Shown piece by piece: positions 12,853 through 25,806 of a DNA stretch of 64,000 bases. Numbering within the stretch: position 1 is the first letter of the stretch; each line of letters begins with the position of its first letter. The position numbers and the translations under genes are program-made. The stretch lies in assembly GCF_963921235.1 (NCBI RefSeq), contig NC_086108.1, positions 30,816,001-30,880,000 of the forward strand, given 5' to 3'. A model generated the notes under the pieces. That model did no database searches. It was not told the DNA's origin and saw nothing but the letters and a program-made list of their open reading frames with translations. This DNA comes from Mobula hypostoma. Its lineage: Eukaryota.

Positions 12853-14258
12853 TCTGGCACCCTTTTTAATTTTCTAGAGCTCTAACAGTACTTAGTTTCT
12901 TGAACCTTTCGTAAGCTTTTCTTTTCTTCTTAACTAGATTTTCTACATCCTTTGTATATCATGGTTCCTTTACTCTACCATCCTTTCCCTGCCTCAATGG
13001 AACACACCTATACAGAACACCATGTAAGGATTCCCTGAACATTGGTCACTTTTCTGCTGTACATTTCCCGTGAACATCTGCTCCCTGCTTATGTTCCCAA
13101 GTTCTTGCCTAATAGCATCATATTTCTCCCTACCCCAATTAAATGTTTCCCCGCATTTTCTGCTCCTATCTCTCTCCAGCGCTATGGTAAAGGAATTAGA
13201 GTTTGGTCACTACGTCTAACATGCTCTCCCACTGAGAGATCTGACACCTGATCAGGTTTATTTCCCAATACCAGGCTAAATACAGCCTCTCCTCTTGTAG
13301 ACTTATCTACATATTGCGTCAGGAAACCTTCCTGAACACACCTAAGAAACTCCACCCCATCTAAACTCATTGCTGTAAGGAGATGCCAGTCAATATTAGG
13401 AAAGTTAAAATCACCCATCACAACAACCCTATTATTATTGTACCGTTCCAGAAAAAGCCCCCCTATCTGCTCCTCGATGTCTCTGTTACTACTGGGGTGG
13501 GGGGAGGTCTATAAAAATATCCAGTAGTGTTATTGCCCCCTTACTGGTTCTGGCTTCCACCCATAATGACTCATTAGACAATCCCTCCATTACTTCCTCC
13601 TTTTTTGCAGCCGTGATACTATCCCTGATTAGCAATGCCACTCCCCCACCTCTGTTGCCTCCCTCCCTGTCATTTTTGAAACATCTAAAGCCTGGCACAC
13701 TCTGCAGGCATTCCTGCCCCTTAGTCATCCAAGTCTCTGTAATGGCCACAACATTATAGTTTCACGTATTGATCCATGCTCTAAGTTCATCCACCTTGCT
13801 CATGATACTCCTTGCATTAAAATAGGTACATCTCAAACCGTCTGGCTGAGTGCTTCTTTGCTCTAACATCTGCCTATCCTTCCTCATAAACTCCCTACAA
13901 GCTGTTACTATTTGTACGCCAACCACCCTATCCTCTGCCTCTTTACTTTGGTTCCCACCCCACTGCAAATCTAGTTTAAACCCTCCCCAATTTTATTAGC
14001 AAACCTCCCTCCCAGGATGTTGGTTTCCCTCCAGTTCAGGTGCAACCTGTCCCACTTGTACAGGTCACCTATTCCCCAATGATCCAAGAACTTGAAACCC
14101 TGTCCCTGCACCATCTTCTCAGCCACTCATTCATCTGCACTATCTTCCTGTCTTCTTTTGTTTTTACTCGATTCCTTATTTCATGGCTGCCATTTTCTCA
14201 CAGGTATAATTTGGCAGGAAGTCTCACATACTAGGTTCAAGAACAGCTATTTCCCTTC

Positions 14259-14798
14259 TTTGCAATCTTCTCTGTAGCTTTATGTTGAGTGAGCAGCATC
14301 AGTGCTGGTGATGCAAGAAGACTAAATAAACTCATCAAAGAGGCTGGATCTGTCCTTGGCCACAACCCGGACTCTTTTGAGTTAGTGGTGGAGAGGAGGT
14401 CACTAAACAAACTATTATCCATTGTGGACAATCTGGTACATCCTCTCCATGACCTCCTAAATAAGCAGCAGAGCACCTTTTCAAACAGCCTCATTCAGCT
14501 CAGGATCGTTACAGAAAATCTTTTACCAAATTCAATAAGCATATACAACAGTTCATCTCTGTGCAACAGGATACCACACATCATAGCACAACAGTCTCTG
14601 TTTTATTATTTCATACAATATTATTGCATGTTGTTGCAAATTATTGCACATTGGTAAATTATTATAGTGTATATAATTATTCTGTACTTCATTATTAGTT
14701 AAGTCTGCACACAGCTAAGAGTGTTTTTAAATGTTGCTGCTGTAATGAAAGAATTTCCCACTCAAGATCAATAAAGCATGTATTATTAGTAGTAGTAG
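14259..14798 (+). mobile_element. Rex/Babar- or L2-group LINE 3' fragment
   Basis: ORF 14289-14657 SSISAGDARRLNKLIKEAGSVLG...HPLH...; (TAT/TAG)n tail, the rest of which lies at 15254-15286. Confidence 0.7.
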
Positions 14799-14799
14799 T

Positions 14800-15253
14800 T
14801 TTAGATTAGATTATTAGATTAGATTAGATTAGATTATGAGGACATGCAGTCCTCCTTTATTGTCATTTAGTAATGCATGCATTAAGAAATGATACAGTAT
14901 TCCTCTGGTGAGATATCACAAAACACAGGCAGACCAAGACTGAAAAAACTAACAAAATCACATAATTATAACACATAGTTACAACAGTGCAACAATACCA
15001 TAACTTGATGAAGAACAGTCCATGGCACAGTAAAAAAGTTCAAAGTCTCTCGAAAGTCCTACATCTCACTCAGACGGGAGAAGGAAGAAAACTCTCCCTG
15101 CCATGCCTGACCACAGTCCAACTCTGAGTCGTCCGAAAACTTCGAGCCTCCGATCAGCCCTCCGACACCGAGTACTGAGCACCATCTCTGTTGAACGATT
15201 CGACCTCAGCCTCGGTCGCCAGCAGCAGGCAAAGCCGGGGATTTTGAGGCCTT
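14800..15253 (-). mobile_element. Non-autonomous retroposon with (CTAAT)n tail
   Basis: (ATTAG)n run at 14801-14836 followed by tttattgtc (minus-strand aataaa); CpG-rich body. Confidence 0.55.
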
Positions 15254-15934
15254 AGTATATTACATAATATATTATTATTATTATTTTAACCATCTGGTTC
15301 TTGATCCAACCAGCAAAACCTCAAATCACTAGAGTTTAGTGACACTGTGACTACTTTGATCACCTTGAAGCTAAATAGACTTTGTTTCTTTTTGTCCTAA
15401 TTGTGTTTATTTTCTTGTAAGAATTGTGTTTTTTCTCATTTTTCTCATGAATGCAGGTTTTATGATGCTACATGCCTGTGACGTTGATGTTGATGCGATT
15501 ACACGTAAGGTTTTTATTTCCTCTGAGTATGCATATATTTGTGCATATGACAATAAACTCAAATTTGACATAGTGCCTTCTTTGAACCCACCATAATGAT
15601 GCTTCTGCTCAGGTTATTACAAGTAGCTTGCAATTAAAAGATTTAAATACAGCAAATCTTCTATTTTTCACAGAAGATATGTTTCAGAATAGGCCACAAA
15701 GCCCAAAAACTGTAAAAAGTGAAAATACAACACTGTTAATAAATTGCCCTTAACACATACTGTGTGGAACCTGCTTAGCGCCCCATTTAGGGTCCCATGA
15801 AGACATAGGAGTAAGGGGATGGTCACATGATCACCTGGTGCATATCAGAAGTCATGGTTATGCGATCATTGACACCAGGCAAACAATCGCTGTAGAGTAT
15901 TGATAATGGCCGGTGTCACCTGTATTCAGAAGAA

Positions 15935-16310
15935 TGTGGGGTGATCTCATTGATACCTTGATAGAGTCATGTGGAGAAAATGTGAGAGAGTATGATGGGA
16001 GAGTATGACCAGAGAACACTGCCTCGGAACAGAGTGGCATCTTTTTAGAATGAAGATGAGGAGGAATTTCTTTAGCCAGAGTGTGGTGAAACTGTGGAAT
16101 TCTTTGCCACAGGTAGCTGTGGAGGCAGAGTCTTTATATATATTTAAGGTAGAGGTTGATAGATTCTTGATTTATCAGGGCATGAAGAGATATAGAGAGA
16201 AGGCAGGAGATTGGGGTTGAGAGGAAAATTAGATCAGCCATGATGAAATGGTGGAGCAGACAATGGTCCAAATAGCCTAATTCTGCTCCGATATCTTATG
16301 GGCTTACAAC
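15935..16310 (+). mobile_element. Old CR1 3' fragment
   Basis: MRRNFFSQSVVKLWNSLPQ motif followed by CR1 3' UTR. Confidence 0.75.
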
Positions 16311-16314
16311 AAGT

Positions 16315-16775
16315 TTGAAGGAGCATAGAGAAAATTTACAAGGATTTGGCTGGCACTTGTGGTCCTTAGATTAGGACTTTATTTCCTGGAACAGAGGAGT
16401 ATTAAGGGAGATTTGATAGAGGTATACAAAATTGTGAGGAGTATAGATAGGATAGATGCAAGCAGGCACTTTCCTCTGAGGTTCAGTAAGACTAGAACCA
16501 GGGGAGATAGGTTGAGGGTGAAAGGTGAAATATTTAAGGGGATCCTGAGGGGGATCTTTTTCACAGAGGCTGGTGAGAGTGTCGAATAAGCTGCCAGCAG
16601 GAGTGGTAGATGAGGGTTTGATTGCAACATTTAAGAGAAGTTTTGGATAAGTACATGGAGAGCAGGAGTAATGGAAGACTATGGTCCAGGAGCAGCTCAA
16701 TGGGACTAGGCAGAATAGTAACTTGGCACTGACGGGATGCTTGTTTTTTCAGTTTATGAGTCTATGACTCTGTGT
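16315..16775 (+). mobile_element. Old CR1 3' fragment
   Basis: LGLYFLEQRSIKGDLIEVYKI motif; (CTATGA)n-like tail. Confidence 0.75.
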
Positions 16776-17185
16776 TTCGCCTTCACTTAAAAAGCAGAAA
16801 GAAACTATCTTTCCTTATAAAATATAGCAACAAAGATAAATCAGTCTGCATTAGACTCTCTCACTTCTAACCTATGGAACAGTGTTCATTTTCTACTCGC
16901 AGTTTCTGTTCAAAGTACGCAGCATTTCATCTTCACGCAACATTGAGTTGTGCATTCATTTGGGAAGGGGATGGATCATGGAAAGTGGATCAGGCATTGG
17001 TTGGGAGTGGAAGGTGGAATGATGGGTTTTAGGACATGCAGTGAGGTGGTGAGGTTAAGTCCTAGCTCATTCCATATGGACTTTGCTTTTTGTGGGTTTC
17101 ATAGAAAAATGTTACAGATTTGACATTTCTGTATGATACAGCGCTCAGGAGCAATCCTTTTCTCTGATGCAGTTTTCTTTGAACC

Positions 17186-17430
17186 TAAACATGAGAAAAT
17201 CTGCAGATGCAGGAAATCCAAAGCAACACACGCACAAAATGCTGGAGGAACTCTGTGGGTCAGGCAGTATCTATGGAAATGAGGGTGGAGCCTTGGTGGC
17301 CCAACAGAAGGCCATTGATTGACATGTTGGAATGGGAATGGGATCATAGATACAATATTTGGCCATGGGCAAGTCCGCTTTTGGTGGATGGAGCGGAGGT
17401 GCTTGATGAAGCACCACTGTGGAGAAGGTC
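17186..17430 (-). mobile_element. Penelope terminus fused to a GIY-YIG-region fragment
   Basis: ctgcagatgcaggaaatcc...aaaatgctggaggaactc terminus joined to sequence matching 42395-42500. Confidence 0.65.
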
Positions 17431-19258
17431 ACATCAGGAGTTTCTTTAAACCTTCTTTTCATTTCCATTTGTCATCCATACATAGCAGATAACAAATTGA
17501 GCAGCAAATACGTCTTTCAAAGGATGCCATAAATTTTAAATTAAAATAACACAACAAAGGAAATAGATTTTGTTCTTCTTCTCTGTTGTTGCATTAAACT
17601 TTTGTATTTAATTTTATTTCAGGATCAATCTCTGCAATTATACAAAATCATATTTTTTAAAAAAGCAGGAACGTTTGAATACTAAATCAGAATGAGCTAG
17701 CTTCATAGGTAACCACATTTTTGAAAAGTGATCAGAGTTTGATTTTTGAGGAGTAAGTATTAGTCGGGACATTGGGAAGACCTCTCCCATTTTTTTTTAG
17801 AAACATAGAAAACCTACAGCACAACTTTCAGCTCACTGCACCCAAATTCAGTTCTCTTTCACTGAAGACTTTGCACTGCAAATAGTTGCATTTGGCAGTG
17901 GACCCCTTCCTCCTGTCCTTCTTAATTGGGCCAGAGGATATGTTGGTGCAGGAGGAGGCAAAGTTGAGGCAACAAGTAGGAGAGAAGGGATAGAACTGAA
18001 AATGAACACAATCTGTTTCACTGTCCTGATCAATACCTATTCCTTAAATATCATTTAAGCAGATTCTGTGTTCATTTATAATATTATCAAATTGGCTGCT
18101 GTCTTTCTTAATTTACAAAATAGATCACTTACTTCTCAAAAATTATTTACCATTTAGCTCAGTTAACAGTATAATAACAGACAAATCACATGTGCCTTAT
18201 CTTTTTTAACAATTTACATGAATGCCCCTCCAATGATGTACAAAAGATCTCACTTCTATCTGTACAATGGAACTCTATGTATGTATCAAAGAGGACTATT
18301 GAACATCAGGATTGTAAATCAAAGGTCTGTGTGGCTTGGAATGGACTTGAAATCAGGGAAGGTGACTGTGTGGGGGTGGGGGGTTCGGAACAACACTGGG
18401 AGTTGAGTGGAAGCTAAAATGCAGGTGAATAGCATATTTGCCTTTCAGGTCTTTCAGGTCAGTGATGAAGTTTTAAGACCATTCTGTCCCAGAATTCCAG
18501 ATAACATTGTGTGGGCCAAGTTCCCAGGAACTCTCTCATCATCGTCAGCAGCTGCCATGCCCAGTTTGAGCTCTGACTGCCATGGCCCACACACTCCTGT
18601 TTTGGGTCAAGTGGACCAAAATTCCTGTTGTTTGGTATTCATTTCCAGTTCTCTGGCTGCTGTCTCCATCATCATTAGTCTTTGTCTTCCTCTTGCTTTC
18701 TTCCTTTCAATCTTTCCCATAATTACCGTGCATTCCAACCCCTCTTTCCTAATCACATGTCCAATGAAGTTACGTTGTCTTTTCATGATCTCATACATTA
18801 TTTCTCTTTTTGTGTTTGCTCTGTTCATGACATCCTCGTTAGATATTCGTTTCGACCATGGTATTCTTTGCATCCTCCTCAAAAACCACATCTCTGCTGC
18901 TTCAGTTCATTTTCTCATGTTACTAGATATTGTCCAACATTCTGAGCCATATAACATAACTGGATAAACGTAACATTTCAGTACTCTGAGGTGGGTTGTC
19001 ATGCCTAGTTTAGTATTGGTCAGTATACTCTTCATTCTCGTAAAAGTGTCTTTTGCCATCCTTATTCTTATTTTGATGTCCATGTCGCACCTGCCATCTG
19101 ATGTCACCCAGTTTCCTAAGTAACAAAAGTTCTGTACTTGTTTTATGTCTTCCCCGTTTATTCTCAGCCTGCAGATAGGACTCGCCTTCTTTTTGGAAAT
19201 CACCATACATTCTGTCTTTTTGCAATTGATAGATAGACCCAGTTTTACACTTTCTTCA

Positions 19259-22126
19259 GTGGATGAATAAGGTGGATGAATTGAAAGTGCAGATTGTTAT
19301 TAATGATTATGATATAGTTGGGATCACAGAGACATGGCTCCAGGGTGACCAGGGACGGGAGCTCAACGTTCAGGGATATTCAATATTCAGGAGGGATAGA
19401 CATGAAGGAAGGGGAGGTGGGGTGGCGTTGCTGGTTAAAGAAGAGATTAACGCAATAGAAAGGAAGGACATAAGCCGAGAAGATGTTGAATCGATATGGG
19501 TAGAGCTGCGTAACACTAAGGGGCAGAAGGCGCTGGTGGGAGTTGTGTACAGGCCACCTAACAGTAGTAGTGAGGTCGGAGATGGTATTAAACCGGAAAT
19601 TAGAAATGTGTGCAATAAAGGAACAGCAGTTATAATGGCTGACTTCAATCTACATGTAGACTGGGTGAACCAAATTGGTAAAGGTGCTGAGGAAGAGGAT
19701 TTCTTGGAATGTATGCGGGATGGTTTTTTGAACCAACATGTCGAGGAACCAACTAAAGAGCAGGCTATTCTGGACTGGGTTTTGAGCAATGAGGAAGAGT
19801 TAATTAGCGATCTTGTCGTGAGAGGCCCCTTGGGTAACAGTGACCATAATATGGTGGAATTCTTCATTAAGATGGAGAGTGACATAGTTAATTCAGAAAT
19901 AAAGGTTCTGAACTTAAAAAGGGGTAACTTTGAAGGTCTGAGACGTGAATTAGCTATGATAGACTGGCAAATGACACTTAAAGGATTGACGGTGGATATG
20001 CAATGGCAAGCATTTAAAGGTTGCATGGATGAACTACAACAATTGTTCATCCCAGTTTGGCAAAAGAATAAATCAAGGAAGGTAGTGCACCCGTGGCTGA
20101 CAAGAGAAATTAGGGATAGTATCAATTCCAAGGAAGAAGCATACAAATTAGCCAGAGAAAGTGGCTCACCTGAGGACTGGGAGAAATTCAGAGTTCAGCA
20201 GAGGAGGACAATGGGCTTAATTAGGAAGGGGAAAAAAGATTATGAGAGAAAACTGGCAGGGAACATAAAAACTGACTGTAAAAGCTTTTATAGATATGTA
20301 AAAAGGAAAAGACTGGTAAGGACAAATGTAGGTCCCCTGCAGACAGAAACAGGTGAATTGATTATGGGGAGCAAGGACATGGCAGACTAATTGAATAATT
20401 ACTTTGGTTCTGTCTTCACTAAGGAGGACATAAATAATCTTCCAGAAATAGTAGGGGACAGAGGGTCCAGTGAGATGGAGGAACTGAGCGAAATACATGT
20501 TATTAGGGAAGTGGTGTTAGGTAAATTGAAGGGATTGAAGGCAGATAAATCCCCAGGGCCAGATGGTCTGCATCCTAGAGTGCTTGGGGAGGTAGCCCGG
20601 GAGGTGGTGGATGCGTTGGTAATAATTTTTCAAAACTCGTTAGATTCTGGACTAGTTCCTGAGGATTGGAGGGTGGCTAATGTAACCCCACTTTTTAAAA
20701 AAGGAGGGAGAGAGAAACCGGGGAATTATAGACCGGTTAGCCTAACGTCGGTGGTGGGGAAACTGCTGGAGTCAGTTATCAAGGATGTGATAACAGCACA
20801 TTTGGAAAGCGGTGAAATGATCGGACAAAGTCAGCATGGATTTGTGAAAGGAAAATCATGTCTGACGAATCTCATAGAATTTTTTGAGGATGTAACTAGT
20901 AGAGTGGATAGGGGAGAACCAATGGATGTGGTATATTTGGATTTTCAAAAGGCTTTTGACAAGGTCCCACACAGGAGATTAGTGTGCAAACTTAAAGCAC
21001 GTGGTACTGGGGGTAAGGTATTGGTGTGGGTGGAGAATTGGTTAGCAGACAGGAAGCAAAGAGTGGGAGTAAACGGGACCTTCTCAGAATGGCAGGCAGT
21101 GACTAGTGGGGTACCGCAAGGCTCAATGCTGGGACCCCAGTTGTTTACAATATATATTAATGACTTGGATGAGGAAATTAAATGCAGCATCTCCAAGTTT
21201 GCGGATGACACGAAGCTGGGTGGCAGTGTTAGCTGTGAGGAAGATGCTAAGAGGATGCAGGGTGACTTGGATAGGTTGGGTGAGTGGGTAAATTCATGGC
21301 AGATGCAATTTAATGTGGATAAATGTGAAGTTATCCACTTTGGTGGCAAAAATAGAAAAGCAGATTATTATCTGAATGGTGGCCGATTAGGAAAAGGGGA
21401 GGTGCAACGAGACCTGGGTGTCATTATACACCAGTCATTGAAAGTGGGCATGCAGGTACAGCAGGCGGTGAAAAAGGTGAATGGTATGCTGGCATTTATA
21501 GTGAGAAGATTCGAATACAGGAGCAGGGAGGTACTACTGCAGTTGTACAAGGCCTTGGTGAGACCACACCTGGAGTATTGTGTGCAGTTTTGGTCCCCTA
21601 ATCTGAGGAAAGACATCCTTGCCATAGAGGGAGTACAAAAAAGGTTCACCAGATTGATTCCTGGGATGGCAGGACTTTCATATGAAGAAAGACTGGATGA
21701 ACTGGGCTTGTACTCGTTGGAATTCAGAAGATTGAGGGGGGATCTGATTGAAACGTATAAGATCCTAAAGGGATTGGACAGGCTAGATGCAGGAAGATTG
21801 TTCCCGATGTTGGGGAAGTCCAGAACGAGGGGCCACAGTTTGAGGATAGAGGGGAAGCCTTTTAGGACCGAGATTAGGAAAAACTTCTTCACACAGAGGT
21901 GGTGAATCTGTGGAATTCTCTGCCACAGGAAACAGTTGAGGCCAGTTCATTGGTTATATTTAAGAGGGAGTTAGATATGGCCCTTGTGGCTACAGGGGTC
22001 AGGGGGTATGGAGGGAAGGCTGGGGCAGGGTTCTGAGTTGGATGATCAGCCATGATCATAATAAATGGCGGTGCAGGCTCAAAGGGCCGAATGGCCTACT
22101 CCTGCACCTATTTTCTATGTTTCTAT
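19259..22126 (+). mobile_element. CR1 LINE H (young family), nearly complete ORF2
   Basis: APE + RT ORFs 19263-20390 and 20391-21905 are in one frame; standard 3' UTR and tail. Confidence 0.95.
19263..21905 (+). pseudogene. CR1 ORF2 (APE endonuclease + reverse transcriptase) with one nonsense codon and one late frameshift
   Basis: TAA at 20388-20390 where copy J has CAA (31509-31511); 1-nt deletion near 21898 (cagaggtggtg vs cagagagtggtg). Confidence 0.9.
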
Positions 22127-25100
22127 ATCAATTAAGTTTTATAGTTCGTCCTCTGTACTTTCAATTAACACAGTGTCATCTGCATATCTGAAATTATTGA
22201 TGTTTTCACCTCCAACTTTGATTCTCAAGATGTCTCTTATTTTTTGTAATATTGTTTCACTGTACACATTAAGTAAATCAATGGAGAAAGCACACCATTG
22301 TCTAATGCCTCTCTTGATTTTCGTAGACTTACTAACTTCTCCATCAATTCTTACAGTGGCAGTTTGTTCCAGGTACAGATTTCTGATTAGGCGGAGGTCT
22401 TTCGAAACTAGATCTAGAGTTTTCTGTAATATTTCAAATAACTTATTGAGCTTCACTTTATCAAATGCTTTTGTGTAGTCAATAAAACAAACAAACAAAT
22501 CTTTTGCACTTGAATAGCTTGTTCTGATAGTATCCTTAACATAAATATTGCGTTTCTTATACCTTCGTCTTTCACAAAACCACATTGTTCTTTGCCTACT
22601 TCAGCTTGTAACTTACCTTTAGCCCTTGTCATCAAAATTCTTTGAAGTATCTTGGTGATATGTCTCATGAAACTTATGGTCCTGTGTAGTTCACATTCTA
22701 TTGCTTCTCAGGAAGAGTGATAAATACTGATTTTTCAATCTCTTCTGGTATTATTCCAGTCTCATAAATGTCACCGATTAAATCAGTAAGTTTTTTAATT
22801 CCATAATCTTCAAGGGCGATAATTTGTTCTATTACTAATTCATCAGGACCTACTGCCTTTCCTTTCTTCATCTTATTTATTGCATTACAAACTTCAGATT
22901 TTAAAATACTTGGACCTTCAATGTTTTTCTTAATTTCTGTTTTCTCGCCTTGATCGTCTTCAAACAACTCCTGATTATACTCAGTCCTTCTGTTCATAAT
23001 CTCATCTTTTCCCATGATAATGGTACCATCTTTTGCTTTCGAACATCCACCTGAAGAACAGAGGAGCTTGTAACCAGTGATATTCTTGATTTGTTGACGT
23101 AATCTTTTTGGATCAGTAATAGGGATTCTTTCTATTTGCTCACATTCCTGGTTTAACCATTCTTCTTCGGCTTTCTGACATAAGCTTTTAACTTTTTTAT
23201 CTAAGGACTTATATTCTAAAAGATTTGCTTTCTTCAGTCTCCTTTCTTCCATTAGATTTTTGATTTCATCTGTTATCCATTTATTCTTTGTGCTTTTTAC
23301 TTTTTTAGGAACCACTGACTTTGCTGATTCTACCAAGGCATGCTTTAGAGAGTTAAATTTCATTTCTGCATGACTGCTATCATCTTCAACAGATTCTATT
23401 TCTAGACTTTGAAATCTATTCCTTACTTCAATTGTAAATTTTTGTCTTAAGTTTTCTTCTTTAATTGCAAGTAGTCAAGGGATTGTTCAGGTTTTTGCTT
23501 CTTTAGTTTTTTAAGTTTTACTTTTACATGACATACTACTGGGTTATAGTCACTGTTACAGTCTGCACCTGGGTATGTTTTGCATTGAGTCACTGAGTTT
23601 CTAAATCTTTGGTTTATAGTAATAAAGTCAATTTGATTCCTGGTGTTATCACCTGGACTTTTCCAGGTCCACAAGCGTCTTGGATGGTTTTTAAATTAGG
23701 TATTCATAATAACCTGATTATTTATCTTGCACCATTCTACCCATTTCTCACCTCTTTCATTTCTTTCCCCTAGTCCAAATTTTCCGATGGTATTTCCATC
23801 AGCACCTTGTCCTACTTTAGCATTTAGATCTCCCATGACAATAACAATATCTTGAGATTTGCATCCATTCTTTGCTTGTTCAAGCTCTTCATAGAATTTA
23901 TCTATATCCTCATTTGTTCCATCTGATGTTGGTGCATATACCTGTATAATTGCTAAATCAAATGGTTCTCCTTTTACGAAAATCAAGAGAGGCATTAGAA
24001 TCTAACAAGGAGCACTCTTTCTGAAATTGCCCAATGTCCTAAAACACTTTTTGCCATGTTTTCATGCATAAGAATTCCTACTCCATTAGTATGGGATGTT
24101 CCACACGAATAAATTAGTGTTTTATTTCTATTCTGACATGTTCCAGCACCTATCCAATGAACTTCACTAATTCCCATGATGTTAATCCATTTTTTTCCAT
24201 TTCATTTATCATATTGTCCAATCTTCTTGCTTGATATAGGGTTCTTACATTCCAAGTGGCAATAATTTTCTTTTGTGTTGTTGAATTTTATGATCAGTCG
24301 CTTGATGACGGTCGGGGATCCCCTGCTGTCCAGAATCAACCCTACCGAGCGAAGCATCTTGAGAATTGTCTTGAAGATCCTCTTGACGCTGTTGTTGTGC
24401 GATACATTTTGTCAGTTTGACCATGGTTTTCTTTGCAAATACATTCTAGGAAACCTAGTATCTAGCAACGGTGGTTTGCTGTTGCCTACCGTTGGGCAAA
24501 CTAAAGAAACGGCCATTTCTCTTCCCAAATGTTCATCCGCCTGTACTATAGCCGTCGGCATTTGAGGTCCTAGCTCATTTGCCTTCTCCATCATAAGTTC
24601 AGTTACTAAACCTGCCGGATCTGCGGTTGACCTTCACTCATATCCTGAGCAGGAACCCTTGCAGGTGCTACCGTTCCGGGTCAGAGCGGCCCTTGGAGCA
24701 ATGAATGACTAAGGGGTAACTCCACTTTCCCCAAAGCTCTGAAAGTCCCCAATCAGAGCCTTATCACTGGTTGCAGGTTAGAGTCGTACCCAGGACATAG
24801 GAAGTCTCTATGCTTCCAAATTGCTGTGATCCTTCCATTGATTCTCTTACATCAAAATATAAAACTGAAGCTCCCATTTGTCCAATTTTTGCCTTTATTA
24901 ATTTACAGTTTTACTTTCAGTGAATCATATATTTAAATCCCCAATCACCATCATTATGTTTGGACTGCCATTGATACAGCATGCGTAACTGTACATGAAG
25001 TGTTGGTTCCAGTTTTGTAATTGGCTCAAGAAGACCCAGAATATGTTCTCAGTTAGGGAAGAAATCAATTCTCAACTTTCAATTTTTAGCATGTGAAGTA

Positions 25101-25806
25101 ACTGAATTTCATATTAAGAGTCTCTAACAATGTAACACTCTCTCAGTATCTTATGAATATAATTCTAAAGTATACACTTTTATTTCAACTTTTTCTATAA
25201 GGCTGCAGGCTACTTCTTTAATTCAACATTAATTTCTTTGCCCTTGTGCTTTGGAGAAAATATGATTCTTTTGATACAACAAAATAGTTTGGGTGGAAGG
25301 TGAGGGTTTGCAGGATGCTTAAATCAGACTACTTTCATACTTTTAGCAGTAGAACAGCTGCATTCACATACACTGGCACAAAGTCCAAAGCTTGTTTTTC
25401 GTTTACACAAATAAATACCAGCAGGAGAGAATGAAACTGTCTACATGCACTATAAAGATATACCTCAAAGCTTTCCCAGTAATCGTGCAATTAGAAAGGG
25501 ATTTCTGTATGACACCATTGATTCCAAAATGAGATAGTGTAATTGCCCTTCCTGAATGTTAGGTAAAGTCCCTGTTTGTACTAAGGAAGTATAGATTTCT
25601 TGATCTCTGCAGATCTTACTTCAGAGTGAAAATCAATGGACTTAGCAAACACTCCCTAACTTTGCAGAGACAATCATTCTGCTTAGCAGATGTTCATCTT
25701 CAAACTTAGCAGCTGAACTACAGAACTTAGGGAAAAATGAAGAAACAACCAGCAAAGCTCCAGAATCTGAAACAGATGAAAAGGGATGGCTTAGAGGTTA
25801 AAGTAA

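Larger units (their letters stand above)
3116..14149 (-). mobile_element. CR1 LINE A (old), split into five pieces: 3116-3559, 5623-5900, 8689-8804, 9436-10443, 12853-14149
   Basis: Pieces are collinear across each insertion; APE motifs (YFNARSI, AITETW, MGDFNFP) at 13182-13968, RT remnants at 9436-10392, end of ORF1 esterase near 14100, 3' tail at 3116. Confidence 0.8.
14222..15570 (+). mobile_element. Rex/Babar-type 3' tail interrupted by two nested insertions
   Basis: TRFKNSYFP-coding sequence stops at about 14258 and resumes at about 15288 (aaccatctggttcttg); aataaa near 15552. Confidence 0.55.
18537..24798 (-). mobile_element. RTE-clade LINE, near full length, disrupted, split by CR1 H
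   Basis: APE (KIIATWNVRT, GISEVHW, QVYAPT, MGDLNAK, NQIDFI, SDY), RT (FIDYTKAFDKV, RYADDTVL), (TGA)n tail at 18536-18550; candidate TSD aggaactctct 18526-18536 / aggaagtctct 24799-24809. Confidence 0.9.

Noticed and set aside
17848..18033. Non-repeat segment open on both strands
   Set aside because: No convincing splice-site pair or recognisable peptide.
18490..18535. DNIVWAKFPG resembling the start of a PWWP domain
   Set aside because: After removing the RTE the frame continues GSLYASKLL* with no PWWP motif.
19370..20146. 258-aa antisense ORF and similar ones (6878, 20945, 26587, 30561, 32065)
   Set aside because: These are reverse-frame shadows of CR1 ORF2 that recur only because the copies are near-identical.
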